DNA of 63,504 nucleotides, filler included, from Octopus bimaculoides (lineage: Eukaryota): the NCBI RefSeq assembly GCF_001194135.2. It is 6 parts of 6 records of this genome, joined end to end, with 100 filler letters (N's around TTAATTAATTAA, not from the genome) between each part and the next. Parts side by side here need not be neighbours in the genome. Positions count along the whole stretch, not along the records: positions 60,471 to 63,504 come from NW_026334709.1; 5 more parts are not named here. One strand, given 5' to 3'. The notes below the pieces were generated by a model. The model did no database searches. It worked only from the letters and a program-made list of their open reading frames with translations, and was not told the origin of the DNA. How positions within the stretch are numbered: the stretch's first letter is position 1; each line of letters begins with the position of its first letter. Of the stretch, positions 60,471 through 63,504 are shown piece by piece. A program made the translations under genes and the position numbers.

Positions 60471-61861
60471 CACACACACACACACACACATACACACATA
60501 CACGTACACACAAATGTATGTTTGCATTTGCCAATAAACAACACTTCTAGTTCACGGCGAGTTCACTTTGTTTTAATTTCAGCAGAAAAGAGATACTCTT
60601 AAAAACGAAAAGATAACATTATGATTTTGGGGGAATTCGTCCTAGTTTTGAACACACCTTGCTTCAATTTCTTAGGCCTTTAACTATATCGAAAATCTCA
60701 TGCTTTTTCCTGTTTAAACCTGTTGTTAATCTAAAGTCTGAATTGTTGTAGCTCCTTGTCAAACATAATTTGCCCTTTTACAGGACATTTTTGCTTCTTT
60801 TTTTATTATCAAGCTCATAGTATGCCCTGATGAAACATGTCAAGTCTAAGGTTTTGCCCTGATGTATCTTGTACTATTAATATCATGTCTCTCTCTCCTT
60901 TTTGAACTAAGATTGTAATGAAAGCGATGCTACCAATCATTAACCCTGTTACTCGAATGAAAATTATTTTATGAAATTAATAATTTGTTCTGTTGAGTGA
61001 AGGTTGTTATGAAGCTAGTAACAAATGAACATCGTTATTAAGTAATGATTTGCCCGGTTCAATGAAGATTTCTTTGAAACTTACTAATAGTTTGCCTGCT
61101 GTTAGAAAATTTTTACCAAGAGGCAGGCGCACCAGTGTGGTTAAAAGCTTGCTTCATTACAATGTGGTCTTGCGTTGAATCCCACTGCGTGGCACCTTAG
61201 ATAGATGCCTTCAACCGTGACCCCAGAACGACGAAATCCTTTTATGAGTGGATTTGATAGACAGAAACTAGGTGAATTGTTCGTCAAACCGCAGCGATAA
61301 TGTGTGGTTATCATGATTTCATTGGGAAACAGAGGCCAAATTCATGGAATGTTTCTGAACTTAAGAAAATGAAGTGTGTGTGTGTGCTCGCGCGCGCGCA
61401 CGCGTATGTGCGTGCGTCTTTGTGTTTTGTATTTATCTGAACCACCGCTTGACCTAGCGGTTCAGGATAAGTGACCGATAGAGAAAGTATCAGGCTTTAA
61501 AACGAGGACACGCGCCTTCACATATATAATATATTAATACATTAATTCATAAACAACTGTAAATTAATATTTAAAAAATTATCTAATTAATTATTAAAAC
61601 CATTATGGCATATTATACTCTCGGTATTATTATATTCGTCCTGTACATCATTTCTGTTATTATAGATTAATATCTGAAATTAGTGTAAATTAAAGTGATG
61701 AACGTCTTTGCTGATCCATTGCATTGTTCATTAAGATATAGCCATTAACTTCAAGGATTTCTACGCTTCGTGGATACAAACCGGACATGCATTACGTATA
61801 TATGTGTATCTATACATCATAATAAGCACACATCCAGATGTTATATGTACTATACATATTG

Positions 61862-62030
61862 GTTTCAAATTTTAGCACAAGGCCAGCAAGTTCGGGGAAT
61901 GGGGAACTCGGTTACATCAATCCCAGCGTTCATCTCGTGTGTATTTTATTGACCGCGAAAAGGATGAAAGATGGACGGACTGCGGCTAAGTATTTTACCT
62001 AGCGTGCGAAAGATTCTGCCAGCTCGCCTT
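61862..62030 (-). mobile_element. Internally deleted SINE family 1 copy
   Basis: Tail (GCACAAGGCCAGCAA), GGATGAAAG and head (GATTCTGCCAGCTCGCC) recognisable. Confidence 0.7.
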
Positions 62031-62202
62031 ATATAATATATATATTGAGTATACAGATACCTCATAAAAGGGAAGTTCTCCTGTTTATATATATATATAT
62101 ATATATATATATTCTCTCTTTCCTTTCCTGAGCGTCCAATAATACTATCCATATCACGTCCTCACTTTGTTGTTTTTTTGTTTTTTTGTTATTGTGTTTT
62201 TG

Positions 62203-62247
<45 letters not shown>

Positions 62248-63032
62248 NNNNNNNNNNNNNNNNNNNNNNNNNNNNNNNNNNNNNNNNNNNNNNNNNNNNN
62301 NNNNNNNNNNNNNNNNNNNNNNNNNNNNNNNNNNNNNNNNNNNNNNNNNNNNNNNNNNNNNNNNNNNNNNNNNNNNNNNNNNNNNNNNNNNNNNNNNNNN
62401 NNNNNNNNNNNNNNNNNNNNNNNNNNNNNNNNNNNNNNNNNNNNNNNNNNNNNNNNNNNNNNNNNNNNNNNNNNNNNNNNNNNNNNNNNNNNNNNNNNNN
62501 NNNNNNNNNNNNNNNNNNNNNNNNNNNNNNNNNNNNNNNNNNNNNNNNNNNNNNNNNNNNNNNNNNNNNNNNNNNNNNNNNNNNNNNNNNNNNNNNNNNN
62601 NNNNNNNNNNNNNNNNNNNNNNNNNNNNNNNNNNNNNNNNNNNNNNNNNNNNNNNNNNNNNNNNNNNNNNNNNNNNNNNNNNNNNNNNNNNNNNNNNNNN
62701 NNNNNNNNNNNNNNNNNNNNNNNNNNNNNNNNNNNNNNNNNNNNNNNNNNNNNNNNNNNNNNNNNNNNNNNNNNNNNNNNNNNNNNNNNNNNNNNNNNNN
62801 NNNNNNNNNNNNNNNNNNNNNNNNNNNNNNNNNNNNNNNNNNNNNNNNNNNNNNNNNNNNNNNNNNNNNNNNNNNNNNNNNNNNNNNNNNNNNNNNNNNN
62901 NNNNNNNNNNNNNNNNNNNNNNNNNNNNNNNNNNNNNNNNNNNNNNNNNNNNNNNNNNNNNNNNNNNNNNNNNNNNNNNNNNNNNNNNNNNNNNNNNNNN
63001 NNNNNNNNNNNNNNNNNNNNNNNNNNNNNNNN

Positions 63033-63075
<43 letters not shown>

Positions 63076-63504
63076 CGTCTAGTATATGTTTGTGTATGTG
63101 TGTCTAATATACATAAACATATTTGCACATACATACTAAAGAACATATATATAAACATATTCCTAACTGCCTAGAAACATACGCACATACATGCCTATCT
63201 ACATACATACCTACATACACGAGCGGGCGCGTAGGTACATGAACAGAATAAAAATAATCACCGTATTCCACGCACGAGAGAAGGAGGAGTACAAAAAACA
63301 AATTGATGTACGCAATCTACTTCACGTGTTTTGTTGATACCACTTAGAAATACACTCAAGACAAGACAGGCTTCCTCTCCGTCAGGGTGCTCTGAATGAT
63401 GTATGTATACGAAATAAACACTTAGCACATGTGTACTAGTATGCAGAAGATATGGAAAGTCACACACGATGCAATTTAATGCCATACATAGCAATATATA
63501 TATA

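Overview
AT-rich, microsatellite- and gap-rich animal genomic DNA. The SINE families, (TA)n/(GAT)n load and effector-less C2H2 arrays point to an octopod cephalopod (Octopus-like; inferred, not proven). The window is a concatenation: five artificial 100-bp linkers (44N-TTAATTAATTAA-44N) split it into six segments, so adjacency across them is unreliable. The core is segment 23586-46680, a tandem cluster of four paralogous poly-C2H2 zinc-finger genes with no recognisable KRAB/SCAN/BTB/ZAD domain. ZNF-A (+) is frameshifted with 9 finger units, ZNF-B (+) has 17 fingers, ZNF-C (+) has 15 intact fingers, and ZNF-D (-) shows at least 23 units with a gap inside. Each CDS sits in one large terminal exon behind a homologous splice acceptor. 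The rest is mobile-element debris: several tRNA-derived SINE families (some with clear TSDs), three Tc1/mariner remnants, RTE and R4/Dong-type LINE fragments, a Gypsy-type LTR+gag, MITE/foldback elements, and a Penelope-like element with a 302-bp inverted terminal repeat. The best second-look items are minimal hammerhead ribozyme motifs (two in the Penelope repeats, one stand-alone), a tandem/palindromic array of tRNA-like modules, evidence of recent finger duplication, sharing and decay in the ZNF arrays, and fold-back structures near the ZNF genes. No CRISPR, rRNA or bona fide tRNA gene was found. Nothing here demonstrably constitutes a new biological system; several items merit testing.
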